33,000 nt of DNA, from positions 71,672,001 through 71,705,000 of the forward strand of contig OZ286462.1 of the NCBI GenBank assembly GCA_965644265.1, written 5' to 3'. Shown piece after piece: positions 23,144-33,000 of this stretch. Made by a program: the position numbers and the translations under genes. The notes below the pieces were generated by a model that had not been told where the DNA came from, made no database searches, and worked only from the letters and a program-made list of their open reading frames with translations. This DNA comes from Glycera tridactyla (lineage: Eukaryota). Within the stretch, counting starts at the first letter, position 1. Every line of letters begins with the position of its first letter.

Positions 23144-23918
23144 TCTGTTGTTGAAAAAAGTGATTATATTGCAGATTTTTGAAATCTTCGTATTTTGGTG
23201 GATGTTTCATGAACATCAGCTGTGAGACAGCCATGCAATCGGTATGGGTAGGAATACTCATGACCCCTCTTACTGGGTCCTCAAATGAAGGCGAAATGAT
23301 ATGAAAATCAGATTCTGGAAGCGTCAAGCGATGAGGTTGCTTGCCATATTTCATAAAACTCCGCTGACTACAGGGGACATCTGCAGGTACAAAAAGTGTT
23401 ACATTCCAGTTTTCCAACATCATCGTATTTCGCTGAAATGATCCCGGGAGTAGGACAGAAATGTATACTCTTCGTGGTCCCGTTACCTTACCAGAGGTGG
23501 TAGATTTCCCGAAGGTCCATCTCCCCATGCTCGGAGTTTACTCTTTAATTTGTCTCCACCCATCCGTTAAATCGTGGCATGCAATCCGTCTGTGAAGATG
23601 CATGCAGGTCATGTACATTTTCTGTTTATTTTTAAAAGCCCTCACGGGACACGTGTTTTTCCAGACATTGTATGAGCCAAATATCACACCCCAGGTTCAC
23701 TCGTACATAAATATGTATGTAGAAAATGCATAATTTGTTCACTATGGTTAATTCTTCTAGCCCTACTGGAAAACGCCTGTTTATTGAGCTTTTCTTAGCG
23801 AGATTTAGGAATTTTATAAAAAATCAGATGGAGTCATACCTAGCAGATTCATATTGATTTATTTGATAACTTTATTCTATTTCGTCATATATATATATAA
23901 TTACCCCATTTAATGGGA

Positions 23919-23931
23919 GGGGGGGGGGGGG
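23919..23931 (+). repeat. poly-G homopolymer (G13)
   Basis: Read directly. Confidence 0.9.
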
Positions 23932-24150
23932 TTTCAGATGTTGACGAATGTAACTCTCATATCATGATATCATTATACCGGGCAGGGACCATCCCTGGCT
24001 TATGAGAGAGAGATGATCTCAGGTAGAGCATGCCACAACCCATTAATATATTTCCTCAACATATTTGGATGACTCTATCCGGAGAAGCTGGTTTTTGTGC
24101 GTGATGAGAGACTGTGTGGATGTGCAGCATCATCGATCGATAATTGATGT

Positions 24151-24247
24151 TCATATGTCAGCCTGCAGCTGTGAGGCGATCTCATAACAGGTTTATGTAA
24201 ACTGCTGGATCGTGTTCACATCTGCCAACTCTGTATGTAAGTAGATA
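24151..24247 (+). repeat. unclassified dispersed repeat, copy 1 (paralog at 28569-28665)
   Basis: Gap-free 97-nt alignment with 20 mismatches, counted by hand. Confidence 0.8.
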
Positions 24248-24412
24248 TGCTTGCCTCGACTCAAAGTGGCACTCTCATCAACGCCCACAAATTGCACAAA
24301 AATATGGTGATAAATGCATCATCAAATATCGCAATGCTTTTCGTAATGAGCCGAACTGTCTATACTGGGAGAAATTGGCATGAAAACAATGAACTCCCAT
24401 CTCCATAACCAT

Positions 24413-24818
24413 TAGTGTTGAGCCGATGATTGGAGAAAAAACCGATGATTGATTGGAATCAGTACCAATTCTGATGATTGGTCGGAAAATTTGCAATTGA
24501 TTACAATCGGTTCGGGATATATGAGATCAATCTTCATGCATGCAAATGCTAGAAAATTGGATATTCTGTTAAATTACAATGTGAGCATTTAGGCTCATCA
24601 CTTTGATAATTCCAGTGTTGGGTGCACTAGTATGGGCAAATGTGCAGAAACTAAGTGTTGCATTCTTCTTCCACTCAAGTGAGGATTACCAAAACCAAGT
24701 CTCCAATCACCCCAGTGACTGATGGAATGCGGGATGGCCGAACCGATTGCAACCAATCATCGGTTGGTTCAGTCCAACCAATCATCAATGGTAAATTTGC
24801 AACCAATTCCCAACACTA
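24413..24818. mobile_element. non-autonomous hAT-type DNA transposon (MITE), 406 bp
   Basis: Terminal inverted repeats TAGTGTTG...CAACACTA; perfect 8-bp direct repeat ATAACCAT on both flanks (24405-24412, 24819-24826); inverted subterminal motifs CCGATGATTGG/CCAATCATCGG and CAATCGGTTCGG/CCGAACCGATTG. Confidence 0.9.
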
Positions 24819-26615
24819 ATAACCATAAAATAATGCTTTGAATATCCTTTCTTACCATGTTATTTCATCTTCCAAAATGGTTCCGCCCTTCATATATTAA
24901 ATGTTATTATCATTCTGTTTCAGTTTGTTGGATCCCATCTAGCACCCAACTTTCAGAACGACCTTGGTCAAATTGCCTCTCAGCTGCCTTACATCAAATG
25001 ATATATACATTTACCCCTCATCTGCATTTAAATGGAATGACAAGCCATGCCTATGAAGAAAATAAGTAGGTGACAGCATGCATTGGCAGAAGTATCTACT
25101 CTTCACAGATCTTTTGATGTAACCAATCTAAGCCGAAGATCTCACTCGATATCATTTACTGTTCCTCATCAGCATCAAAGTGCGCGTAGCAATAGGAAAG
25201 GAACACTATGTTTGAAGTGAAAATTGACTACGAACTTGGTAATCAAACTCTTGCAGATAGTATGTATATATTTGTATTATTGTATGAATAACTGTGTGAG
25301 TAAACCTTAATTTTTTTTAATATAAATGTGGTTTGAATAACAGTACTCGAGACTTTCTAGTTGATCAAGAATGTATCTGTATCTTATTGTAATTTGTGTA
25401 CAATTTGATTACTACCCTTTCTCCCTACTCTTTGATACTCGTGTATGCAGGAGAAAGCGGAGTTGACTGAATGCTTATTTGTGAATACTTGTCATCTATT
25501 CACGATATTGAATATTGATTGTAATATTGTATTTTATTATACATTCGGTTTGGACTAGAGTAGTGAAACTGAATTTAATCAAAATTGATGGAATTGATGT
25601 CGCACGTCAGAGGTTGTATCACTTGAGACTGGGATCAGTCTGTTGTCGATACCCAATGGAGTAGAGACACCAAAGTAAACATATGCATTTGCAGAACTAA
25701 GTAGAAGAGGATTCTCAGCTGCATCCAATGAAGAATATGCAATTGCTGGTTTCGGGATATGGGACCTTGCTGACTTGAGAGCATTTTCAGTACCAACCAG
25801 CTTGTTCTGATCAGAAAGTTAAGTTTCACTTGACGAATGGCAACAATATGACTGAAGCGACAACGACAATCATGTTTGACGCGGAGCGACTCTGGGTTTC
25901 CAATTAGGCTCCTGTATTTATGTTAGACATAATGGGTGGAAAACTCAAACCTAATGCGTTCAATTGTAATCAATAGAAGTACCGATGAATCAGGCCCTGT
26001 GTGTCCTTGGCCTATCAAAGTTGTCAACACAACTGCAGACATCAGTTTCACAAAGCCTGGACACAAGATGATCATGCAAGAGAGGGGTTGTCAAGTAGCT
26101 GGCGGTTCAGACACATCTTCAGCATGTACCTGATGAATCAACAGATGTCATATCTTACTACCTGGGTGAAAACTGATTGAACGCTTGAAGGATACTTGAC
26201 CAATGTTCCCAGCTATGGACAATCAACCTCAAACAGGCTTTACGATAGTTTTCAGCACAATACCATCACACTTCCTAGTATATCTAGCATTAGTAACCAA
26301 GGACTTGTGTGCTTAGTATCCGATTTATGCACCGCAACAATATATGCTACAGGCAAACATCAGCCACCCACACCTGAGACCATTTCACCGAAGTATGGGC
26401 GCGATAACCTTTATTGCCCCGTCCCATAAAGACAATACCCAATGCTCTACAGCTCTATGTTCTTGTTATTTATCAGGTCATTCTCGTGCTGTATGCTAAC
26501 GCGTGGCAGCCACTGTGCCACCTGCATATCCCTCTGCGAATATACATCAACCTCGCAGGTTCAGCATGATAACCAGCTTCCTTCCTCATATACCACGAAT
26601 CCTTAACACATATAT

Positions 26616-26817
26616 GGTTGTTTGGCTGGTTGGTCATTTATCATCACATTAGCACCGGCATGGTATCTTTGCTGGTCGTTTGTGAACCCATCTGTGCTAT
26701 ATCGAGATGCTCATGCAATCGACATTGGGGGACGATTCACGAGTCCTCCTTCTGGGTTGCTTTCAGGAGATGAAAATTCCTGAAATTCACAGAGAATCAA
26801 GGTGTCATTTTTGTCTG
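26616..26817 (-). mobile_element. SINE-like family A copy with a small insertion near the tail
   Basis: ggttggtcatttatcatcacattagcacc (tail) + about 30 extra bp + ccatctgtgctatatcgagatgctcatgcaat...gatgaaaattcctgaaattcacagagaatcaaggtgtcat. Confidence 0.75.
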
Positions 26818-26987
26818 CACAAGTGGATGGGCTATATTGATATGTCCATGCGCAGGATATAGGTGGCCTTCTTCTGGGATGAAAATGGGAGGTAGCATGA
26901 TCTCATATATGGATCACATCACTCTTCATTCAGCGAGGGACCTGCATCAAAATATAGCACTTGGTAGCTAACATGATAGTCACTCAG

Positions 26988-27316
26988 AAACAAACAATCA
27001 GCTGACAAATCAACCAATCAGCCAAGTCATCTATCCCACAACCAATTGACCGGCAATCAAACCAACCATCAAACCATCCAACTATCATTCCACCCAGCCA
27101 ACAGACCAACCAACCACCCAACCACCCAACGAATCAATCGACCAACCAACCTACCAAATGACCAACAAAACAACCATCAAACCAACCAACTAACCACCGA
27201 ACCATTATTCCACCAAACCAATCAGCCAATCAGCCAACCAAGCAAACAACCAATCAACAAACCAATCAACCGACCCACCATCCAACCAACCAACCAATAA
27301 TCCATCACAGAACCAA
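26988..27316 (+). repeat. long degenerate (CAAC/CCAA)n tract
   Basis: Read directly; it generates the N/Q/P/T-rich ORF 27046-27300. Confidence 0.85.
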
Positions 27317-27869
27317 TTAATCAGGAAAGGAAGCGCTTTTTTCCGACCGCCTTTGTTACATTCTCACATGTTGTATCCCTCTTATAGTGTTCTAGTATCG
27401 AATGAGAAAATTATTCTGCAAACAGTCGCTCTGCGTCAGAACTTTCTTTAGATTCTCTCGGATGTCTTTGTTTGTTCTCAGATCCTCTGTTCGATGGAGC
27501 TGTATTGAATGATGCTGTATGAGACCACCACGAAGCCTGCATACAGCCGAGTATAGATGACTGCCATTGTATAGGCACAAAGCATCGTGTATGCAATTTC
27601 CGCGATGTTGCTACTCGCATACATATATGAAGGGCTGAGGAAATGATACTATTACTATCGTATCAGCAGCCCTGATTTGTCAGCAATTTTGTCACGTGTG
27701 AGGAAAGCCTCAGATAGGCCGAAAACTTGCTTGATGAATGAAGAGCTAAATTCGGTATGATTCCCTGTCGGGGTTGCAATCCCCAATCTCAAATCATATG
27801 TGTTTCTAGTTTCAGCTGCTTATGTTTAGTAGTTAATCTTGTGGTCGTACTTCTTCCTGCTGCTGTTTG

Positions 27870-27965
27870 AGATGGTAGTGCTGGTGGCGGTCGTGGTGGT
27901 GGTGGTGGTAGCAGTTGTGATAGTGCCATCGGTGGTGGGGACGGCACTGACGATGGCATCGATGA
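27870..27965 (+). repeat. degenerate (GTG/GTA/GAT)n trinucleotide tract
   Basis: Read directly. Confidence 0.75.
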
Positions 27966-27972
27966 TCCATTC

Positions 27973-28089
27973 GCTGATTGTTTTAAGGCCAATGAGCACC
28001 ATCTGGTCTATATCGAGACGCCCATGCAATGTATGCCATCATTCAAGAATCCTATCCCTGGTTTCCTAATGGAGGGTGAGAATTTGTGG
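27973..28089 (-). mobile_element. SINE-like family A copy
   Basis: gagcaccatctggtctatatcgagacgcccatgcaat...atcattcaagaatcc...ggagggtgagaattt. Confidence 0.75.
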
Positions 28090-28568
28090 TGCCAATTGTT
28101 TTTGTCTTCTGAAAGTAGTTGACTGTATACAGCAATGTGGGCATGCGTATGAGAGAAGTATAATCAGAATGTGTCAATGTATCCAGATCATTTATTTTTC
28201 ACTGCTGGGGTTTGAGCAAGAGTCAAAGTCAACTCTGCTACCCAGTAACAAACATGCTTAGAGCCACAATCATGTGATGCATATTGCTAGTTATGGTCAA
28301 CCCAACTATTATCTGAAAATAGTTGACTGTATACAAGATTCACGTACTCTATGCCCACCTTCACGTGAATGATACACCAACACTGAGATCAGTTTTGCGA
28401 GACTGTGGGTGGGGCAAGGATCTCCGGGGACATTTTTAACGCAATATTATCAGAAATGTCACATCAGTCTTCAGCTGATATGATGTTTCATCCAAAAGTT
28501 CGATGTCAGGTGGAAAAAAAGATAAAAACTCTGAAGATGAGCGTTGAGCAGTGATTAAGATGTGGTGG

Positions 28569-28665
28569 TCATATGTTAGCCTGCTGCCGTAAGGCAATCT
28601 CTTGACAAGTTTATGTAAAGTGCTTGATCGTGTTTGTCTCTGCAATATCTTCATGTAAGGAGATA
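28569..28665 (+). repeat. unclassified dispersed repeat, copy 2 (paralog at 24151-24247)
   Basis: Same gap-free alignment as copy 1. Confidence 0.8.
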
Positions 28666-29294
28666 GCCTCATGTTCATTTCTTCATCTACAGCAACATGG
28701 GATTCAAATGGCGTTCATTGCAGCATGCGTGGTGTTGATGCTGGTGACTTCATGACCGCAAATAAAAATAAAATTGTAAGAAAAAACTCTATTGCAAAAG
28801 AGCAGTGACCCCAGTGTGTTAATACTATAAATAAAAAGAGATGGCAACTAATAAATGAGCGTGAACCACAATCGTAGCACATGCAGTATGCATAATTGAG
28901 TCGAAATGCGGAGGAATATACTCCAGACGTCAGTGAAAATATTTGCAGCATCATGGGCTATCAAAATAGTTTCATAGTTTGACATGTAGTTTGACATTTT
29001 AGCAGATATTACTCGTGGCAAATTTTGATACCCTCCAGTATTTTCTTGGACAGAATCAAGCATCTGAGAGTTCATCACTCGTGCTTATGTATAACTTTTT
29101 TGCGTATTTCCCCACTCATGGAATTGGGAAATTGAATAAATCATTTCATATGTTCATCTCACTTTTGGAATGAAGATCTTGAATGAAACGTTTCGCATGT
29201 TCATCCAACTTTTGAAATTGGGGGTGTTGGTGGAATACATGAGAAACTCCAGAATGGACATGTAGATCGCCGGATCCTTGAGCAGTGACCATCA

Positions 29295-29478
29295 TAGTGA
29301 ATTCGGACCTACTCGCAAGAACACCCCGCTATAAATGCCACCTGCCTACATGGACCATCCAGACCGGCAACCATGATAGTATTTTCAATATTAAATGACC
29401 TCTCTATAAATACCACCTGCCTGCAAAGGCTATTTTTTGAAGCAACCGAAGTGGGCCTTTCTGAACAGGTTTGAGTGT
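29295..29478. mobile_element. MITE family B copy (opposite orientation to 31642-31777)
   Basis: ctataaatgccacctgcc / ctataaataccacctgcc sub-repeats, catgatagtattttcaa, aaccgaagtgggccttt; ends acaggtttgagtg. Confidence 0.65.
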
Positions 29479-29545
29479 TTTCCTCGCTATATAATCTCTC
29501 CTTGAAGGCTACTCATCTAAAAAGATCAACTTCTCATGCATCCAA

Positions 29546-29573
29546 GGGTGGTTTTTTGAACAGTTTGATTGTA
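29546..29573. mobile_element. MITE family B-like terminal fragment
   Basis: gggtggttttttgaacagtttgattgta resembles the family right end. Confidence 0.35.
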
Positions 29574-30145
29574 CTTTGGGCTACATTCGTAATGTGTAGC
29601 ACGATGTATAAGCCTGACTGACTCGGCCTTTACTCGGCATCACTCGGCGGAGCTCTGACTCTCTTGTCTGGGAGACACATCCCCGCTGATTGGAATGCTT
29701 CCATCTCATGCAGGATAATGATTCAGTCCTACACTGTCTGTATCTCTCAAAGGGCAGATCAGTCATCCAACCTCTATATTGAGCATTGTGAACGGAGAAA
29801 GAGATAAGAACCCCGGACGCGTCTTTTTCCGTCGGAGACGGTACTGTTTACACTTTGGGACTCCCTCTCATTCCAGACAATACTATCGTCCATTTTTTGT
29901 GGGGCAATTTGACTATGTTCATCTCACACACTTTGGGGATAGCCATTTGTAAACGGCTGGTATAAAATCATCAGAATTAAACCAAAACTGCATGAAAAAC
30001 AAGCAAATCGTGTGAAAAATATTCATCATTGGGGAAACCCCTCCGTGACGTCATAACAGCGAGAAACATTATCATCGTTACTACGGAGCGATTTACTGGC
30101 GAATACACGCATTATGATTCGTCTTGGTGATGAAATAAAGTCTTT

Positions 30146-30268
30146 TATATCCAGCTGTGTATAACCCATGTATAAATTGCGTGAATCCGTCGTGAATCCA
30201 TTCTCCAATGACCGAGAGATGCGGGCATAGTCTCCCCTGGCAGCTGCGATGGCGAACCACACATTCTC
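30146..30268 (-). other. ankyrin-repeat-like coding fragment (possible exon or pseudogene piece)
   Basis: ENVWFAIAAARGDYARISRSLENGFTTDSRNLYMGYTQLDI fits the ankyrin register (hydrophobic-x-hydrophobic-AA-xx-G ... LENG ... D-x-RN ... GYT-x-L-x-I) with one extra residue. Motif match by eye only. Confidence 0.3.
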
Positions 30269-30328
30269 GAATAGTGGCGGGGAATTCAAATTAGTTTTTC
30301 TCACACTTACTAGCACAGAGTATATATG

Positions 30329-30355
30329 CAGTCGAACCTGCTTGAGAAACCACCC
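30329..30355. mobile_element. MITE family B-like left terminus
   Basis: cagtcgaacctgcttgagaaaccaccc. Confidence 0.45.
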
Positions 30356-30392
30356 TTCACGCCGCCGATACATGCTGAAATATTTGCGCGTT

Positions 30393-30429
30393 TCTCTCTC
30401 TCTCTCTCTCTCGCTCTCTCTCTCTCTCT
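30393..30429 (+). repeat. (CT)n microsatellite
   Basis: Read directly. Confidence 0.9.
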
Positions 30430-31279
30430 ACTTCATGCATTTTCCCCTCTTAGATTACCGCCTCTCCACTGTAAATTGACGACCATTCTTCTTTCTGAAG
30501 AAATTTCTTGTTTTCAGGGGGTCTTTGATCACTTGAATGCATAAGATTCCACTCAGATGCTGGATGAAATACGATGTTTCTATCATTGCACTTAATCTAC
30601 CTTGCATTGAGATTATACCAAGATGAAGACATTTACGCAGTTGACCGACGCATTACAACATGAACTGATAGCATTGTAGTCGCTCCGACAGGCTCGCATC
30701 AGGTGTATCATTGTCATCATCATCTGAGGTCGTATGTATGTTTTTGAAGTTCGACTCGAAAGCATAGAGCCACTGTAAAATACAACATATTAGCGTGCGC
30801 CATGTGATTGACGAACCACCATATGAAGAGGTGGATATACAATAAATGGATTCGAATCTCGAGATTTTAATATCACATCTTGGAACCGGCAAGTGTGATA
30901 GCAAAAGAAGACAACGCACCTTTGTCAGCATCGGGTCCTATTCAATTTTGACGTTGGTGATACAAGCAAAAGTATCCAATGCCTTGATTGCCCGCAGATG
31001 TTATAATACCACGAATAATTGCTGCATTCTGTTGGAAGATAAAAGATGAATCAACTTTATTTAAACTCGTAACTTGAAAACATAGGTACAATAACACAAT
31101 TAGCTAAAGATTAGCTTTCTCCCGTGTCAACGAGTAACTCATATACAGAGGTAATACATAAATGATGCATGGAATACTAAATGTATTTGATGAAAGTTGT
31201 AAAGCATGGATATGTACAATACATATATATAGATAATGACATTTGTGAGTAAAATACTCATTCCATGTTTATGTCTGAT

Positions 31280-31380
31280 CCGTGAATTTCATGAATATTC
31301 ATCTCCCATCAGGGCCGCAGGGGAGGAGTTTTGGATGATTCCAGCTACATCCATTGGATGGGTGTCACAATATAGCACAC
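31280..31380 (+). mobile_element. SINE-like family A copy lacking the tail
   Basis: cgtgaatttcatgaatattcatctccc...ggaggagttttggatgattcc...attggatgggtgtcacaatatagcac. Confidence 0.65.
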
Positions 31381-31641
31381 ACTGAGCGGGAATTTCATTG
31401 GATGGAGTTAACAGATACTGCTTTATATATTGAGGTCGATGTTGATCAGTATTTGATATCATATGAACTTCATTTACCATTTGGTCTATTAACATTTCGA
31501 ACAAATGTGTGAATATACGCGTGTTAAATGCCATCGAGTACAAGTATAAAATATGAGCAAAGCTCACAATAACAAATAACAATAGAAAGCACGGGCAAAT
31601 AACTTACCCCACCTGACCCTAATCATGTTGATATGAAGTAA

Positions 31642-31777
31642 CAGTCCATAAAGACCGCCTTCGGTCACATCAAAAAGTGGCCTTTATAGGGAGGTGGTCT
31701 TTATAGTTGGAAATACTACCACGGTCGCAGCTCAGGGTGGCCTCTATAGAGAGGTGGTTTTAGGGAAGGTACGACTG
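31642..31777. mobile_element. MITE family B copy
   Basis: CAGTC...GACTG ends; internal inverted and direct motifs ataaagaccgcc / ggtggtctttata / ggtggcctctata. Confidence 0.7.
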
Positions 31778-33000
31778 TGCCTCGAATAGGCAGTTACACT
31801 ATCCCATGGGGATTCGTTGCGAAGTCATCAGTACCAAAACGAGATGAGTTTAGGTTTGAATCGATTGATTGTATGAACAATCAACTTCCAAGGTGGTTAC
31901 GATTGTCTAAACACATCTAAGTAGATAGAATTATGAGAAGAATAGATTCGACGATCGTGGCAAAGGTGAATTTGCTAAAGCAGCATCTCAAAAAAGTAGG
32001 AGTGTTGTAGTGGTGGTGGTTGTAGCTGCAGTTTAGGATGATGAAGCTGCGACAATGGCATCTAATTCTGTACAAGTGGCCATCTGTGAAGATGTAAACA
32101 GCAGCACACCTAGGGTACAAACACAACAAATCACACGATTTTCTGGGAACATGTCGTATCTAAATGGCCCACTTTGCTGCCTGTCTCCCTCACCACTCGG
32201 CGTTTAGTTTCGACATGCACACAACGGCTATGTCCTTGTCAAGCACCACCCTCCCTTGTATTCCCATCTCAGATAACTCCTACTCTCTCCATACCCATTT
32301 TGTCTAACCTCGTCTCAAACTTTTGGCTACTCAAGTGATTTGAAATATGAACTGACCTATGTTGGCAGGTGGTCTGTACATGAAGGTGTTCTGTCCTGTA
32401 GGTCTGAGTTTTTATGAATACAAATCTGCTTCTCGCATGGAGTGGTTTGCTCACGTTAGAAAAAAAGATCAAGGTGATGGATGAATGGATGATTGGATCA
32501 GTAGATGAATTGGTGGATAGAAGAGCATACGGGCAGGCAATACACATCACCTATATCTTCCAATTCAGGATGGGGAATACGCATGCCAACATTGTGTGAT
32601 AACTGGAATTCAGGCCCATTGTTTATTCATGAATATTCTTCTCATTAGAGGAGAAGAAGCAATGAAACCTTCTACAAATGGAATATTCATATGAATCCAA
32701 CCCACTCCATCCATACATACATTTTGGCAATGGGGTATTTTCAATGAGATTGCCAGTAAAGACGCAGCAGAAAATATCCATGTCAAATAGATAACTACAT
32801 GGAGCGATTTTTCGGATATTTCCCAGAATGTGTATCTATTATTGCGACTGTAAATCTGGGGCAGAAATATGCGTGTATGATGACACTTGCCTCATATTTG
32901 TAGGCCATGATTTGGCAACCGCCAAGGAGGCTATGAATATTATAGTGGCCAACACACCTCATTTGGCAAGTGATATGCATTCTTTTGTCAGGGCAAATTG

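Noticed and set aside
27046-27300. 84-aa N/Q/P/T-rich ORF
   Set aside because: It is a translation of the degenerate (CAAC)n tract.
27789-28069. Overlapping P/T/V-rich ORFs
   Set aside because: They derive from a (GTG)n tract plus a family A copy.
30046-30053. CRE palindrome TGACGTCA
   Set aside because: A given 8-mer is expected about 0.5 times in 33 kb; there is no independent support.
32369-32473. 105-nt candidate exon with CPVGLSF (chitin-binding peritrophin-A-like)
   Set aside because: Only one Cys is present where the domain needs several, the donor (GTGATG) is weak, and no companion exon was found.
1-33000. A novel multi-gene (defence, viral or biosynthetic) system
   Set aside because: There is no long ORF outside gaps and repeats, and no recognisable RT, integrase, capsid, helicase or nuclease domain. 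ORF lengths match random expectation for this composition.
1-33000. Species or genus assignment
   Set aside because: Repeat styles suggest a marine invertebrate, but I recognise no diagnostic sequence; a BLASTN search is needed.

Overview
Repeat-rich, moderately AT-rich nuclear DNA from an animal, probably a marine invertebrate (inferred from the repeat types; no species assigned). It comes from a gapped scaffold with N-runs at 14560-14809 and 19131-19278. There is no prokaryote-style gene density, operon, CRISPR array, rRNA or complete tRNA, and I cannot name any protein-coding gene with confidence. Most listed ORFs are chance-length or are produced by simple repeats or N-gaps. Best-supported content: (1) about 13 diverged copies of one short SINE-like retroposon family (family A) with a ...GACGTTAAAC-(ACCA)n tail; (2) two copies of a second SINE with a V-domain-like core and a similar tail; (3) a 406-bp non-autonomous hAT-type element at 24413-24818 with a perfect 8-bp target-site duplication and inverted subterminal repeats; (4) several old Tc1/mariner(pogo)-like MITE copies; (5) many micro- and minisatellites. 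The most intriguing spot is a 5 x 33-bp array at 20734-20898. On the minus strand it lies between an ATG and a strong GTAAGT donor; a one-unit version would give an open 43-codon exon, while every extra unit adds a TGA at its junction. That idea, an ankyrin-like fragment, an 18-bp-stem hairpin and some LINE relics are hypotheses to test. I found no solid evidence for a new multi-gene system. All alignments were done by eye, so boundaries of old repeats are approximate.
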